Below are positions 10,590 to 22,622 of a stretch of 64,000 bases of DNA, piece after piece; positions within the stretch are counted from its first letter, which is position 1; each line of letters starts with the position of its first letter. Source of the DNA: an uncultured Spirochaetota bacterium. Lineage in GTDB: Bacteria > Spirochaetota > Spirochaetia > SZUA-6 > CAVTHK01. The stretch lies in contig CAVTHK010000007.1 in the NCBI GenBank assembly GCA_963734495.1, forward strand, positions 288,001 to 352,000, in the 5' to 3' direction. The notes below the pieces were generated by a model. The model had not been told where the DNA came from, did not search any database, and worked only from the letters and a program-made list of their open reading frames with translations. A program made the position numbers and the translations under genes.

Positions 10590-13500
10590 ATGCCGCCCTT
10601 CGATCCCCTGGTCGAGCGCTGGTTCCAGGACGAAGTCGGCCCCCCGACTCCGCTGCAGCGAAGGGCCTGGGATGCGATCGCAGGCGGAGCCCACGCCCTC
10701 GTCACGGCGCCCACGGGGTCCGGCAAGACGCTGGCCGCGTTCCTCTCGGCGCTCGACCGCCTGGTCACCGGCGCCTGGCCCGCGGGGACGACGCGTGTCC
10801 TCTACGTTTCCCCGCTCCGTGCGCTCAACAACGACATCCGCGAGAACCTCCTCGCGCCGCTCGCCGGCCTCGAGCGCCGTTTCCTCGCGTCGGGCCGCGC
10901 CTGGCCCGGGCCCCGCGTCGCCGTGCGCAGCGGCGACACCCCGCCTTCGGAGCGCCGCGCCCAGATCCGCCGCCCCGCCGAGATCCTGATCACCACGCCC
11001 GAGAGCCTCGCCATCCTGCTGTCGACGGTCGACGGGAGGGAAATGATGAAGGGGCTCCGCACGGTGATCCTCGACGAAATCCACGCGGTGGCGGGGTCGC
11101 GGCGGGGCGTGCACCTCCTGTCGTCGCTCGAGCGCATCACGCTGCTCGCGGGCGAGGTGCAGCGCATCGCGCTCTCGGCCACGGTCCGGCCGCTCGAACG
11201 GGTGGCCGCGTTCGTCGGCGGCTTCCTCCCCGACGGCGCCGCCCGCCGCGTCGAGATCGTCTCAGACCCTTCGGCCAAGCAGATCCGCCTCTCGGTGCAC
11301 GTGGCGACGCCGCGCGGTCCGACCGCGACGATCTGGGACGCCCTCTGCGAGGAGCTCCGAGGGCCGATCGCCGCCAACCGCTCGACCCTCGTCTTCGCCA
11401 ATTCGCGGCGGGCCGCGGAGAAGCTCGCACGCCTCCTGAACGACGCGGGCAGGGAGCCGGTCGCCTACTCCCACCATGGCAGCCTCTCGCGCGAGATCCG
11501 CGCCGTGGTCGAGCGGAGGATGAAGGAAGGCTCGCTCCCCGCCATCGTCGCCACCAACTCCCTCGAGCTCGGCATCGACATCGGCGCCCTCGACGAGGTG
11601 ATCCTCGTGCAGACGCCGCCTTCGGTCGCCTCGGCCCTGCAGCGCATCGGCCGCGCGGGCCACCGCATCGGGCAGGAGAGCCGGGCGCGCCTCTACCCGC
11701 TGCACGGCAGGGACCTGCTCGAGGCGGCGGCGATGGCGGACGCGGTCCGCGAGCAGGACATCGAAGAAGTCCGCATCCCCGCGAGCCCGCTCGACGTGGC
11801 CGCGCAGGTCGTCCTTTCCGCGTGCGCGGTCGAGACCTGGCGCATCGACGAGCTGTACGCGTTCCTCCGCAGGATCGCCCCGTTCCGCGACCTCACGCGC
11901 GAAGCCTTCGCGTCCGTGCTGGACATGCTCTCGGGAAGGGTCGGGCCGCGCCGCGTCCGCGACCTCCCGGTGCGCCTCGTCGTCGACGAAGCCGAAGGCA
12001 CCGCGCGCGCCGCCGACGGGGTCGCGCCGCTGCTGCGCATCTCCGGCGGAACGATCCCGGACCGCGGCCTCTTCACGCTGCGCCTCGAAGGCAGCGGGAC
12101 CAGGATCGGCGACCTCGACGAGGAGTTCGTCTGGGAGCGGAAGGCCGGCGACACCTTCGGGCTCGGCGCCCAGAGCTGGGTGATCCGGCGCATCGACGAT
12201 CAGCAGGTGTTCGTGGCGCCGGCGCCCGAAAAGGCCGGCTTCTCGCCGTTCTGGCGCGCCGACCCGCTCGGCCGCGACTTTCGATTCGCCGAGCGGGTCG
12301 CGCGCCTGCTCGAGTCGCTCAACGGCCGGCTCGAAGACCCGGCAACGGCCGGCAGAGATGGCTGAGCGGATGGGCGGCTCGCGCGAGGCGGCCGAAGCGC
12401 TGCTCGCCACGCTGCGCCTGCAGCGGCAGGTCACCGGGTGCGACCTCCCTCACAGGCGGCACCTCGTGCTCGAGCACGTGGCCGACCCCGCGGGCTACGA
12501 GAAGCGCGGCAGGCCGTCGGGCGTCACGTCGGTCACGGTGATCCACACCTTCTGGGGCGGCCGGGTGAACCGGACGCTCGCGTTCCTGCTCGCCGACGCG
12601 CTGGAGGAGCGGCTCGGCGCGAGGGTGACCGTCTACCACGACGAGGCCGCGGTGATGGTCGGCGTCCCCGCCGGGATGCTCTCCTTTGGCAGCGACGAGC
12701 TCCTGGCGCTCGCGCGGCCCGAGGAGGTCGAGCGGCGCGTCACGACGCGCCTCCTGGCGAGCGGCCTCTTCGGCGCGCGCTTCCGAGAGGCCGCGCAGAT
12801 CGCGCTCCTCCTGCCGCGGCCGGGTCCGCAGACGCCGGATGCCGCTGTGGCTGAACCGCCTTCGCGCGCGCCGGCTGCTCGAGGCGGTGCGCGACGCGGG
12901 CGCCTTCCCTCTCGTGACCGAGGCGCTGCGAGGCTGCCGGGACCAGGACTGCGACCTCGCCACGCTCAGGGACCTGCTGCAGGAGCTGCAGGGCGGCGAG
13001 ATCAGGCTGAGCGAGGTGCGGACCGCCTCCGCCTCGCCCTTCGCCTCCGGGCTCGCGTGGCAGCAGACCGGGACGTTCATGTACCAGGACGACACGCCCT
13101 GGCGCCCTCCGGAGGCTTCCATCTACAGGGAGGTCATCGAGTCGTCGGACCTCCGCCCGTCGCTCGACCCGGGGCTCGTGGCGAGCTTCGAGGAGCGCCT
13201 GCGGCGCCTCGCCCCCGGATACGCGCCCGCTGATGCGCGGGAGCTCGAAGACTGGGCGGCCGAGCGCCTGCTGGTCCCGCAGGCGGAATGGGAGAGCCTG
13301 CTCGCGGCGTGCGAGCGCGACGGGGCCGGGCCCCGGGATCGCTGCTGGCGCAGGCCGGCCCCGACCTCGCGCTGCTTGCGCTGGGCGGGGAGCGATTCGT
13401 CCTCGCGCGGCGCTCGATCCCGCGCCTGCGCAGGGCGCTCGGACCGATCGCGCCCGCGCCGCTCGAGGCCGCGAGCCCGCGGATCGATGCGTCCGGGCCG

Positions 13501-15029
13501 GCCGGCAACGAAGAGGACTTCCTCGCCTTTGTCGAGGAATGGATCGCGTTCTCCGGCCCGTTCCCGCCGGCGATGCTCGCGGCCGCGGCCGGGCGGCGCG
13601 GCCTGTCCGCCGAGGAGCTGGTGGACCGGCTGGTGGAGCGCGACTCGGCGGTGGCCGGCGCCCTGGTCCGCGGCGGACCGGCCGTCCTCGTGTGCGACCG
13701 CACGAACCTCGAGCGGCTGCTCGCGCTCGCCCGCCGCGCCGCCCGGCCGCTCGATCGCCCCCCAGCCCGCGAAGCGGCTGCAGCTCTTCGTGGCGGCGAT
13801 GCAGGGGCTCGCGCGGCCGGGAAGCCGCGCGGCGGCCCGCCGCCGGCCCGGCGCCCGCGCCGGAGCGCGCCGTCGCCGCGGCCCTCGACCCGCTCTTCGG
13901 CTACCCGCTGCCGGCGGACCTGTGGGAGACGGCGGTGCTGCCGGCCCGCGTGCCCGGCTACCGGCCGGCCTGGCTCGATGCCCTGCTGCACGACACCGAC
14001 CTCATCTGGCTGGGGGTGAAGAAGAGCCGGCTCGACCTTCTGCCTCGAGCAGGAGCGATCGCTCTGGTCGCGCGCGAAGGCCGCTCGGAGACGCTGTTCC
14101 CCGACCCCCAGGCTCGCTACGCGTTCTGGGAGCTCGCCGAGAGGACCGGGCCTCGCGAGCGCCGAGCTCACGCGCCGTCTCTGGGCGCTCGCCTGGGAAG
14201 GGCCTCGCGACGACCGACAGCTTCGCGGCGGTGCGCCGCGGCGCCGCCGTCGGGTTCGAGGCGGAGGCCGCCGTGGAGCCGGGAGGCGAGCCGGGGCCGG
14301 CGGCAGCCCGTCGCGGCCGCAGGCTCGGCTTCGACCGCTGGCTCACGTCGCGGCCGGCCGACGGCGCCTGGCGCTCCCTGCCGCCGCCCCGCAGCCGCGG
14401 GACGCGGTGGACGAGGCCGAGCGGGACGACGATCTGATCTACCAGATCCTCGATCGCTATGGTATCGTGTTCCGCGCGCTGCTCGCGTGGGAGCTGCCCG
14501 CACGTCAGGTGGGGCCGCCTCTTCCGGCAGGCTGCGCGTGCTCGAGCTGGCGGGCGAGGTCGTCGGGGGCGTCTTCTTCGAGGGGATCGAGGGGCCCCAG
14601 TTCGTCTCGCCGGCCGGCCTGCGCGCCCTGGGCGAGGGGCTGCCCGAGGGAGCCTTCTACTGGATGAGCGCCGCGGACCCTGCGTCGCTGTGCGGCGTCC
14701 GCGTGGCCGGGCTCGCGCTGCCGCGCCGCCTGGCGGGCACGCTGCTCGCGTACGCGGGCGCGCGACCTGGTGCTCGTCGCGCGGCGCGAGGGCGCCGACG
14801 TCGACGTCATGGTCGATCCGGACGACCCGCGGCTCGCGGGAGCGCTGGCCGCCCTCGGCGGGATCGTCGCGCGCGAGGTGCGGCCCGTGCGCCTCCTGAG
14901 GATCGAGCGGATCAACGGGGCGGGCGCCGGCGCGAGCCCGTACAAGGCCGCGCTGCGTGGCTGCCGGGATTCCGCGACGAGGGCCGCGCCCTGAGCCTCA
15001 GGCCCGAGCTGTTGTGGAACCGAAGATAA
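10590..15029 (+). CDS. lhr: Lhr-family ATP-dependent helicase, long form (multiple frameshifts)
   Basis: APTGSGKT, DEIH, LSAT, HHGSLSRE, SLELGIDIG, LQRIGRAGH, SGGTIPDRG; downstream fragments (HTFWGGRVN, ILDRYGIVFR, SAADPASLCG) in several frames. Confidence 0.85.
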
Positions 15030-15048
15030 GATAGGGACGAGAGGAAAA

Positions 15049-16443
15049 ATGCCGCACCCGCACCGCACTTCGATCTGGATGGCTTTCGTCATGGGCCTGG
15101 CGTTCTTCGCGATGATCGTCGCCGACGTCGACGCGTGGACACTCTTCGTGGACGACGGGCGCCGCGCGCTCGCCGTGAGCCTGCTGGGCACCGAGGTCGG
15201 CGGCGCGCACGACCGCGCCTACCTCGACGAGCTGCTGGAGCTGCTGCTCCCGTCGGTCGGCTCGACTCCCGACGAGACCAGCGGATGGGTTACCACGCGG
15301 GAGGCTCCCGCTCAAGGAGAGCGTCTTCGAGCTCCACGCCCGGCTGCGCGCGCACCTCGAGGAGCTGCTCACGACGCACGAGGCGGGCTTCGCGGTCATG
15401 GTGGGCGGGGAGCCCGTCGTGACGGTCGCGAGCGCGGGCGATGCCCGCGAGGTGGTGACCGGATCTCATCAACCGCTTCACGCCGCAGGCCGGCCGAAGG
15501 CGAGACGATCCAGGGACCTCGACGTGCGGACCGCGGAGCGGCTCGCGGTGGAGCCGGCCCTCACGGCCGCGGGCGGCGGTGATGTCGGCCGCCGACGCCC
15601 TCGCCTACCTGCTCGCCGGCACGCGCGAGCGGCGGGTCTACCAGGTCGAGCGCGGCGAGGTGCTGAGCACGATCGCGGCGCGCAACTCGATGAGCATCGA
15701 CGAGGTCGTGCGGGCGAACCCCGGCCTCGATCCCGACCGGATCTACCCGGGGCAGGTCATCAACCTCATCGTGCCGAAGCCGCTCGTGAACGTCGAGGCG
15801 CACTACGTGCGCGTCTACCGCCGCGCCATCCCGTTTCCCGTGTCGGTGACCTGGAACGCGGCATGTACCGCACCGACCGCCGCGTCGACAGGGCCGGCAC
15901 CGTCGGGGAGAAGGAGATCACCGAGGACGTCGTGACCGGGAACGGGGAGGTGGCGAGCGACCAGGGTCCTGAAAGACGTCGTGCTCCGCTGGCCGCAGAC
16001 CCAGTTCATGACGATCGGAACGAAGCGCACGCCCGAGGACGTTCTGGGCGACACGATCGCCGACGGCGAGGTCGCGATGCTCACGAGCGAGTTCGGCCGG
16101 CGCTGGGGCCGCATCCATGCCGGGGTGGACTGGGCGATGCGCGCCCGGCACGCCCGTGCACGCCTGGCGCGACGGGACGGTCAAGTTCGAAGGGCTCGTA
16201 GTCGGCTACGGCCGGCTCATCATCGTCGAGCACCCGGGCGACTACGTCACCTACTATGCGCACCTCAGCCGGTTCAACACGACCGTCGGCGCCACCGTGA
16301 GCGCGGGCCAGGTCATCGCGTTCTCGGGCAACACGGGCAACAGCACCGGTCCCCACCTGCATTTCGAGATCCGGCAGGACGGCCGCCTCCTCGACCCGAT
16401 CGCGGTCCTGTCCAAGGAGCAGCCGGCCGTCGGAGGCCCGTAG
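15049..16443 (+). CDS. LysM/M23 peptidoglycan endopeptidase (multiple frameshifts)
   Basis: LysM-like YQVERGEVLSTIA...VRANPGLDPDRIYPGQ; M23 motifs HAGVD, YYAHLS, SGNTGNSTGPHLHFEIR. Confidence 0.82.
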
Positions 16444-16446
16444 GCG

Positions 16447-19372
16447 CTACACGGGCACCGGCGTCGAGCGAGCGAGCAGGGCGCCGAGCGCGCGCCTCCT
16501 CGCGGGCCGCGGCTTCGACGGCTTCGCGGCTGGACATGACCACGGTGCCGGCCCCTCCGAGAGCCGCGAGCAGACGGCCGGCCGCCGCCGCCACCCCCGC
16601 GGCCGTCACGCGAAAGAGGGCATCGCGCCGGGCCTGGCGGAGCTCGTCGTTGACGCCGAAGAGCACCCTGCTCAGGCTGGCCATCCCTTTGTCCCCCGGC
16701 GCCATCGGGCGCGAGTCCCTGCCCACGCAGCCGATGACCGCCTCGCGTGTCTCCGCTTCCCCGGCGGCCCCGGAGGCGACGCTCTCGAGCGCGCCGCGAA
16801 AGGCGCGCAGCGTCGCCACGATGTTGGGGTCCCGGTACGTGGAAAAGGTGAAGAGACGGTCCAGGCCGCTCGCCGAGGCCGACGCGCCGTAGGCGCCTCC
16901 GCGCGTCCTGATCGCCTCCCACAGCGCTCCCGTGGACAGCAGGTGGGCGACCACGGACTCTTGCGCGTTCTCGGGGGTCCCGAAGGGCGCGGCTTCGAGC
17001 GACTGCGCGACGTAGCCCACGGATGCCGGGATGATCAGCGACTCGTGCGTCGCCCCGGCGCGATCCGGCTTCGGACACGGCCGGCGCCGGCCCCGCTTTC
17101 CCGCCGGCCGCGCGGGCGCGTCCGAACCGGTCGATCAGCGGCACGACCTCCTCGAGCCCCTCGCCCGTGAGGCCGGCGGCGGCCGGGCCTCGCAGCACCG
17201 CCGACCGCAGCTCACCGAGCGCGCCGCGGATGCCTTCAATTTGACTCTCAGGGTCGAGGCCGAGCTGGAACAGGACCTGCGAGATCCCTTCCCACTCCTC
17301 CTCCAGCGCGAGGGAAGGCCGCATGCGCGAGCCCGCGCGCAGCGCCGCATAGCGGCTGCCTCCCGGGATCACCGAAGCGCGCAAGCGGTTCCGGCTCTCG
17401 CGGACGAGATCCGTGAGCCGCGCGGTGTCGAGCGAGGTCGGCCCGCTGGACGAGCGCCGCGGCCAGGTCGACCGCGGCCGCGAGGTTCGGCCGCAGCGCC
17501 TTGAGCCGGAAGACCAGGTAACTGCCGACGCGGCCGTCCACCGACAGGCCCGTGTCGACGCGCGCGGAGAAGCCCTCCCGACACCAGCGCCAGGTCCCGC
17601 GCGACGAGGTCGTACGGACCGCCCGGGCAGCCCCATCCCCGTCACCGCGCGGGCGAGCAGCGGGACGAAGGGCCGGACGGCGGGCGGGATCGCCGCGAGC
17701 GCGTACACGAGGTCGAGGTAGACGATGCCTCCGGCGAACAGCCCGTGCCTGTGCAGGCTGCCGCCGCCGGGCAGGGCCGACGTCTCGCGCGGGACGCGCT
17801 CGACCTCCCGCGGGAGATCGGAGATCTCCAGGCGCGGGAGCGACGCGAGGGCCTCCGGCGAGTCGGGCGCCTGCTGGAAACGCGCGAGCCGCTCGGCGCT
17901 CTGCCGCACGCGCCGCATCTCGTCCGGGGCCCATGGCCGCCGCGGTCGCGCGCAGGCGCGCCGCGTGCTCCTCCTGCTCGCGCTCGACCCCGCCGGGCTC
18001 GGGGCTGACGACGAGCGTCGAGCGGTGCGGGTTCTCGATGAGCCACGAGCGGATCAGGCCTTCGAGGTAGCCTTCGGGGGCGCGCCTGCGGACTTCGCGG
18101 ATCCACGGGTCGAACGCCAGCGTCGTCTCCGGCCCGGCCCCGTGCAGCCACCCGCGCAGCGCGCGCCTCATCAGCTCGAGGGCGTGCGGCCCGCCCGAGC
18201 GCCGGATCTCGCGGTTGCGGAACTCGGCCCTCTGCAGCGCGGCCTCCAGGCCGTCGCGCGGTATCCCCGCGGCGAGGTGATCGAGGCTCTCGAGGACGAG
18301 GGCCTCGATGGCGGCGCGCCGGTCGGTCTCGGTGCCCCGCAGGCCGGCGGAAAAGACCGGCCACCGGAGCTCGGTGTCGAGCCCCGAGGCGGGCGAGAGG
18401 TCCTCGCCGAGCCGCGACTCGACGAGCGCCTTTCGCAGCGGCGAGCCGGCGTTGCCGAGCAGAAGCTCCTCGATGACCTCGAACGCGGCCACCGCCTGCC
18501 CGTCGGTGGCCTCGGCGAGCCGCCAGTTCAGCACGACCGAAGTCCTCCGGGCGGTCGGGTCCGATGCCCCGACGGGAAAGGTCTTTGCGATCACGCGCGG
18601 CGCGTCCCACGCCGCAGGCGCGTCCACCTCCGAATCGGTCGGCGCGCGGTCGAAGCCCGCGAGGAGCTCCGCGTCGATGAACGCGAGCAGCTTCTCGGTC
18701 GGGACCGGGCCATGGAGAAAGATGCGCGCGTTCGACGGATGATAGAACCTGCGGTGATAGTCGAGAAACTCCTCGTAGGAGAGCCGCGGGATGAAGGCCG
18801 GGTCTCCGCCGGAATCGCGGCCGTAGGTCGCGTCGGGGAAGAGGGTGCGGTGCACCCAGCGGCCGACCGCCGCCTCGGGGTTGGAGTAGACGCCGCGCAT
18901 CTCGTTGTAGACCACTCCCACGAGCCTGAGGCCGGAATCGCCTTCGGGCTCGAGCCTGTGCGCCTCCTGGTCGAAGACCTCGCGGGTCAGCCGCGGCGCG
19001 AACACGGCGTCGCCGTAGACCTTGAACAGGTTGAAGAAGTCCTTCTCGACGGTGCTGGCGCCCGGGTAGACGGTTTTGTCGGGAAAGGTCCAGGCGTTGA
19101 GGTAGGTGCTCATGCTGCCCTTGAGCAGCTGCACGAAGGGGTCCTTGAGCGGGGAAGCGCTTCGAGCCGCAGAGCACCGAGTGCTCGATGATGTGCGAGG
19201 TCCCCTTGTCGTCGAGCGCGGGCGTGCGGAAGACGATGGCGAAGGTGCTCTCCTCGTCGTCGGCGGCGAGGTGCACGAGATCGAGCCCCGTGCGCTCGTG
19301 CTCGTAGCGGCGGAGGACCGACCGGTGCTCGGCGAGCTCGATTTCAGAGACGGGCGAGAATCCGTGCGGCAT
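16447..19372 (-). CDS. insulinase (M16C, presequence protease-like) metallopeptidase (multiple frameshifts)
   Basis: inverted zinc motif HIIEHSVLCGS, LNAWTFPDKTVYP, GVVYNEMRG, LWEAIRTRGGAYG, TYRDPN; end position approximate. Confidence 0.87.
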
Positions 19373-19482
19373 GGGCGCCTCCGTGGGTGCTTTGACCCGG
19401 TGTACTCACCGGGCTCCAATATGCCCACACGGGGCGGCGGGTGCAAACCGCGCCGGGCGGCGCCGCCCGGCCCCGCCCGGCC

Positions 19483-20661
19483 TCAGGTGTAGCCGGGCAT
19501 CACGATGCGGAACTCGGTGCCGCGGCCGATCTCGCTCGACACCGTGACGTTGCCTTCGTGCGCTTCGACGATGCTCTTGACGATGGACATCCCGAGCCCG
19601 GTGCCCCCGCCGCTCGAAGCGGAGAAGAACGGCTCGAAGATCCGCTCCCTGATCTCCCGGCTCATCCCGACCCCCGTGTCGCGCACCGCGAGCACGTAGG
19701 AGCCGCCGTGCTGCTCGACGCTGATCGCGAGGGTGCCGCCTTCGGGCATGGCCTTGCGGGCGTTCTCCGCGAGATTGTGCAGGGCGCGCAGCATCCTCTC
19801 GCGGTCGAGGAGGACCGGGCCGCGGTAGCCGACCTTCGTTTCGAGGCTGATGCCCCGGGCGCGGAGCTTCTCCCCGAACTCCTCCGCCACCTCGGCCACG
19901 AGGTCGCCGAGGTCCACGATCTGGAGATTCAGCCGAATGTCGCCGCGGGAGTAGTCGAGCAGGTCGCCCGCGATGCGGTTGAGCCTGTCCGCTTCGCCGA
20001 TGATCCGCTTCGCGTCTCGCACGATCCGCTCGCGGTCCTCGGGGTGGTTGAGCATCATCTCGGCATAGCCGCGCACCACGGAGACCGGATTGCGTATGTC
20101 GTGCAGGATCAGCGAGGCGAGCTTGCCGATGGTGGAGAGGCGCTCGGCGCGCAACAGCTCCCCCTGCGCGCTCTTGAGCTCGCGATAGGCGACCTCGAGG
20201 TCGCGGCTGCGCGCGTGCAGGTTCTCGACGAAGCTCTCGTTGCTCCGCCTGACCATGAGAGAGAGGCTCTTGAGCACGGAGATCGCGATCGGGCTGTTCT
20301 CGTGGATGATGCGGTGAAAGTCGTCGCGCTCCATGGACAGCAGGCGGGTGGTCCCGCGCGCTCTCACCGTCGCGCTGCGCGGCAGGTCGTCGACGAGGGC
20401 CATCTCCCCGAACAGGTGCCCGCGGCCCCTCACCGCCAGGAGGTCGCCCGCCTCTTCCGCGCGTGCCTGAAAGTCCTTCCAGATCTCGACCTCGCCGTCG
20501 AGGACGATGCAGAAGCGGCTGCCGCGCTCGCCCTCGCGAAAGACGATCTCCCCGTCGGCGTAGCTTACCTCGGTGCACGCCTCGCCGATCTGCCCGATCT
20601 CCTCGGGGCTGAGGTCGCTGAAGAAATACACTTTCTTGAGGAACTCGAAGTATCGGCTCAT
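19483..20661 (-). CDS. cyclic-nucleotide-binding domain sensor histidine kinase
   Basis: cNMP cassette FGEMALVDDLPRSATVRA; H-box ILHDIRNP; N-box NLAENA, G1 DTGVGM, G2 GTGLGM. Confidence 0.92.
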   Translation of the reverse strand: MSRYFEFLKKVYFFSDLSPEEIGQIGEACTEVSYADGEIVFREGERGSRFCIVLDGEVEIWKDFQARAEEAGDLLAVRGRGHLFGEMALVDDLPRSATVRARGTTRLLSMERDDFHRIIHENSPIAISVLKSLSLMVRRSNESFVENLHARSRDLEVAYRELKSAQGELLRAERLSTIGKLASLILHDIRNPVSVVRGYAEMMLNHPEDRERIVRDAKRIIGEADRLNRIAGDLLDYSRGDIRLNLQIVDLGDLVAEVAEEFGEKLRARGISLETKVGYRGPVLLDRERMLRALHNLAENARKAMPEGGTLAISVEQHGGSYVLAVRDTGVGMSREIRERIFEPFFSASSGGGTGLGMSIVKSIVEAHEGNVTVSSEIGRGTEFRIVMPGYT

Positions 20662-21044
20662 GAATGGCGGCGACCGTACAGCTCTTCGATGTACTGCTTG
20701 GTGTTGTCGATCCTCGTGTGCGATATCGTGCAGCGGCCCTCGAGCACGACGCCGTCCTGGATGATGAGCTCGGGCGTCTTGATGTCGCCGAGGACCCTCG
20801 CGGTCGCGAGCAGCAGGACCCTGCGGCTGGCGCTGATGTTGCCGATCACCACGCCTTCGATGACGACGCTGGTGGCGGTGATGCTGGTCTTGACGCGCGC
20901 CCGGGGTCCCACCGCGAGCTGGTCGACCAGGAGCGCTTCGCCCTCGAAGCGGCCGTCGATCTTGAGGTTGCCCCTCACCGCGAAGCGGCCTTCGAAAGCC
21001 GAGCTCTCCCCGATCGTCGAACCGGTCTCGACCGGAATCTGCAC
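20658..21044 (-). CDS. bactofilin (polymer-forming cytoskeletal protein)
   Basis: STIGESSAFEG...LKIDGRFEG...VIEGVVIGNISA...VLGDIKTPELIIQDGVVLEGRC beta-helix pattern. Confidence 0.9.
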   Translation of the reverse strand: MQIPVETGSTIGESSAFEGRFAVRGNLKIDGRFEGEALLVDQLAVGPRARVKTSITATSVVIEGVVIGNISASRRVLLLATARVLGDIKTPELIIQDGVVLEGRCTISHTRIDNTKQYIEELYGRRHS

Positions 21045-21048
21045 CGCC

Positions 21049-21822
21049 CTACTCCTGCGCCTCGAACTCGGGGATATTGAGGAAATCGATGACCTCGGAC
21101 GCGTAGCCGCGCATCTGCTTGAGGGCGTCCACCACCCGCACTCCGTCGAGGTGACGCCTGCCTTCGACCGCTTCGAAGCGCACGGTGGTCGTGCCGTTGA
21201 GGCACTTGAACCCGTCCGTCTCGACGTCCTCGATCAGGTCGCTCGCGAAGGCGACGATGGCCTTGAAGAAACGATGAGCCTCGACCGCCACGCTGCGGTG
21301 CATCTTGAAGGCGCGCCTGTGCGCCTCCTCGCGCAGCTCGGGGCGGTGCTCCCCGCGCTCGTTCTTCAGCATCTCCTGCCTGAGGTCCTCGAGCTTCCGT
21401 TGCAGGTCCTGATAGCGCCCGTAGAAGCCGTCGCGCTCGAGCGAATACTTGAAATCGAGCTTGAGCTGCCGCTCGCTGAGCAGGACCAGGTACTCGGCCC
21501 CGAAGCAGCGCAGGTAGGTCGTGAGGGCGGCGGTCTCCCGGTCCGACCCGTCGGCGGGACCGCAGAGGCTGCTGGCCAGGGCCAGGTAGGAGTAGCGCTC
21601 GAGGGGGTCCGGCGCCGCCTCGGGCTCCCCCGCATCCTGCTGCCCGCCGAGCTCGAAGGTCCTGCGCAGCCTGTCCCGATAGAGGCGCAGGGACTTCAGC
21701 TTCTCGAAGACGCGGCCCTGCTGAGCGGGATCGACGGCGGTTCGGAGAACCCCTTCGTACTGCCTGATGACCCGTTCGAGCTTCGCGAGCTCCTCCTGGG
21801 GGTTGCCGAGGTCATCCGCCAT
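21049..21822 (-). CDS. hypothetical protein
   Basis: 257 aa helical ORF, 4 nt upstream of the bactofilin gene. Confidence 0.75.
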   Translation of the reverse strand: MADDLGNPQEELAKLERVIRQYEGVLRTAVDPAQQGRVFEKLKSLRLYRDRLRRTFELGGQQDAGEPEAAPDPLERYSYLALASSLCGPADGSDRETAALTTYLRCFGAEYLVLLSERQLKLDFKYSLERDGFYGRYQDLQRKLEDLRQEMLKNERGEHRPELREEAHRRAFKMHRSVAVEAHRFFKAIVAFASDLIEDVETDGFKCLNGTTTVRFEAVEGRRHLDGVRVVDALKQMRGYASEVIDFLNIPEFEAQE

Positions 21823-21829
21823 GGGCGTC

Positions 21830-21860
21830 AAAAAAAGCCCTCACGGAGGCGAGGGCTTTC
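21830..21860 (-). terminator. intrinsic terminator after flaA
   Basis: minus strand GAAAGCCCTC-GCCTCCGT-GAGGGCTTTTTTT: hairpin followed by a U-tract. Confidence 0.85.
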
Positions 21861-21884
21861 GGTCGGTGAAGCCCGCGCCTGGGC

Positions 21885-22610
21885 TCACCAGATGTCCTGC
21901 ATATCATCCTGGTCCCGGTCCTTCTCCAGGAACAGATCGCTCACGACGCTCAGGTCGTCGAAGTACATGTAGTAGCGGCCGTAGGACTCGTCGAGGTCGC
22001 AGTCGATCCTGAAGCCGAGGAACTGCAGGCCGTTCCTGGCCGCGTAGTGATAGTCCGCTTGCTTGATCGTCGGCGGGATGGCCACGGTCATGCGCTTCCA
22101 GCCCAGAAAGTTGAGCTTGCCGACCGTGACCTCCATCTTGGCGCCCGCGGCGTCCGCGAGCAGGACCTTGAGCGTGTGGTTAAAGTTGCGCCCGACGACC
22201 CAGACCGACAGCGTCTTGGTGATCCCTTCGATGGCGAGCGGCCGCAGCGGATACACCGCGAACCAGTCCTTGCCCCTCCTGATGAAGTCGACCTTGACGC
22301 CGAGGACGGACATGCCGGCGGGGATGCCGACCTCTTTCTCCATCGCGAGGCGGTCGGCGTCGAGCGTCGTTTTCTGGCCCGGCGTTCCGACCAGACGCCG
22401 GATCTGGATGACGCCCTGGTCGGACGGCATGAAAGCGCTCCAGAACGACGCGTCCTCGAACTGGGACACCGTGATCGGGCTCAGGTTCTGCTGCGCCGCG
22501 TCGATGCCCGTCCTCGAGGGAGTGGGCTCCCCGACCGGCGCGCCGTACGACTGCGCGAAGATGGGTGCGATCGCCAGCGCCAGCACGGCCGCGGCAGCTA
22601 CAGTCTTCAT
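21885..22610 (-). CDS. flaA: flagellar filament outer-layer (sheath) protein FlaA
   Basis: signal peptide; VLGVKVDFIRRG, LSVWVVGRNFNH, GKLNFLGWKRM, YMYFDDL. Confidence 0.9.
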   Translation of the reverse strand: MKTVAAAAVLALAIAPIFAQSYGAPVGEPTPSRTGIDAAQQNLSPITVSQFEDASFWSAFMPSDQGVIQIRRLVGTPGQKTTLDADRLAMEKEVGIPAGMSVLGVKVDFIRRGKDWFAVYPLRPLAIEGITKTLSVWVVGRNFNHTLKVLLADAAGAKMEVTVGKLNFLGWKRMTVAIPPTIKQADYHYAARNGLQFLGFRIDCDLDESYGRYYMYFDDLSVVSDLFLEKDRDQDDMQDIW

Positions 22611-22622
22611 CCGATTCGCTCC

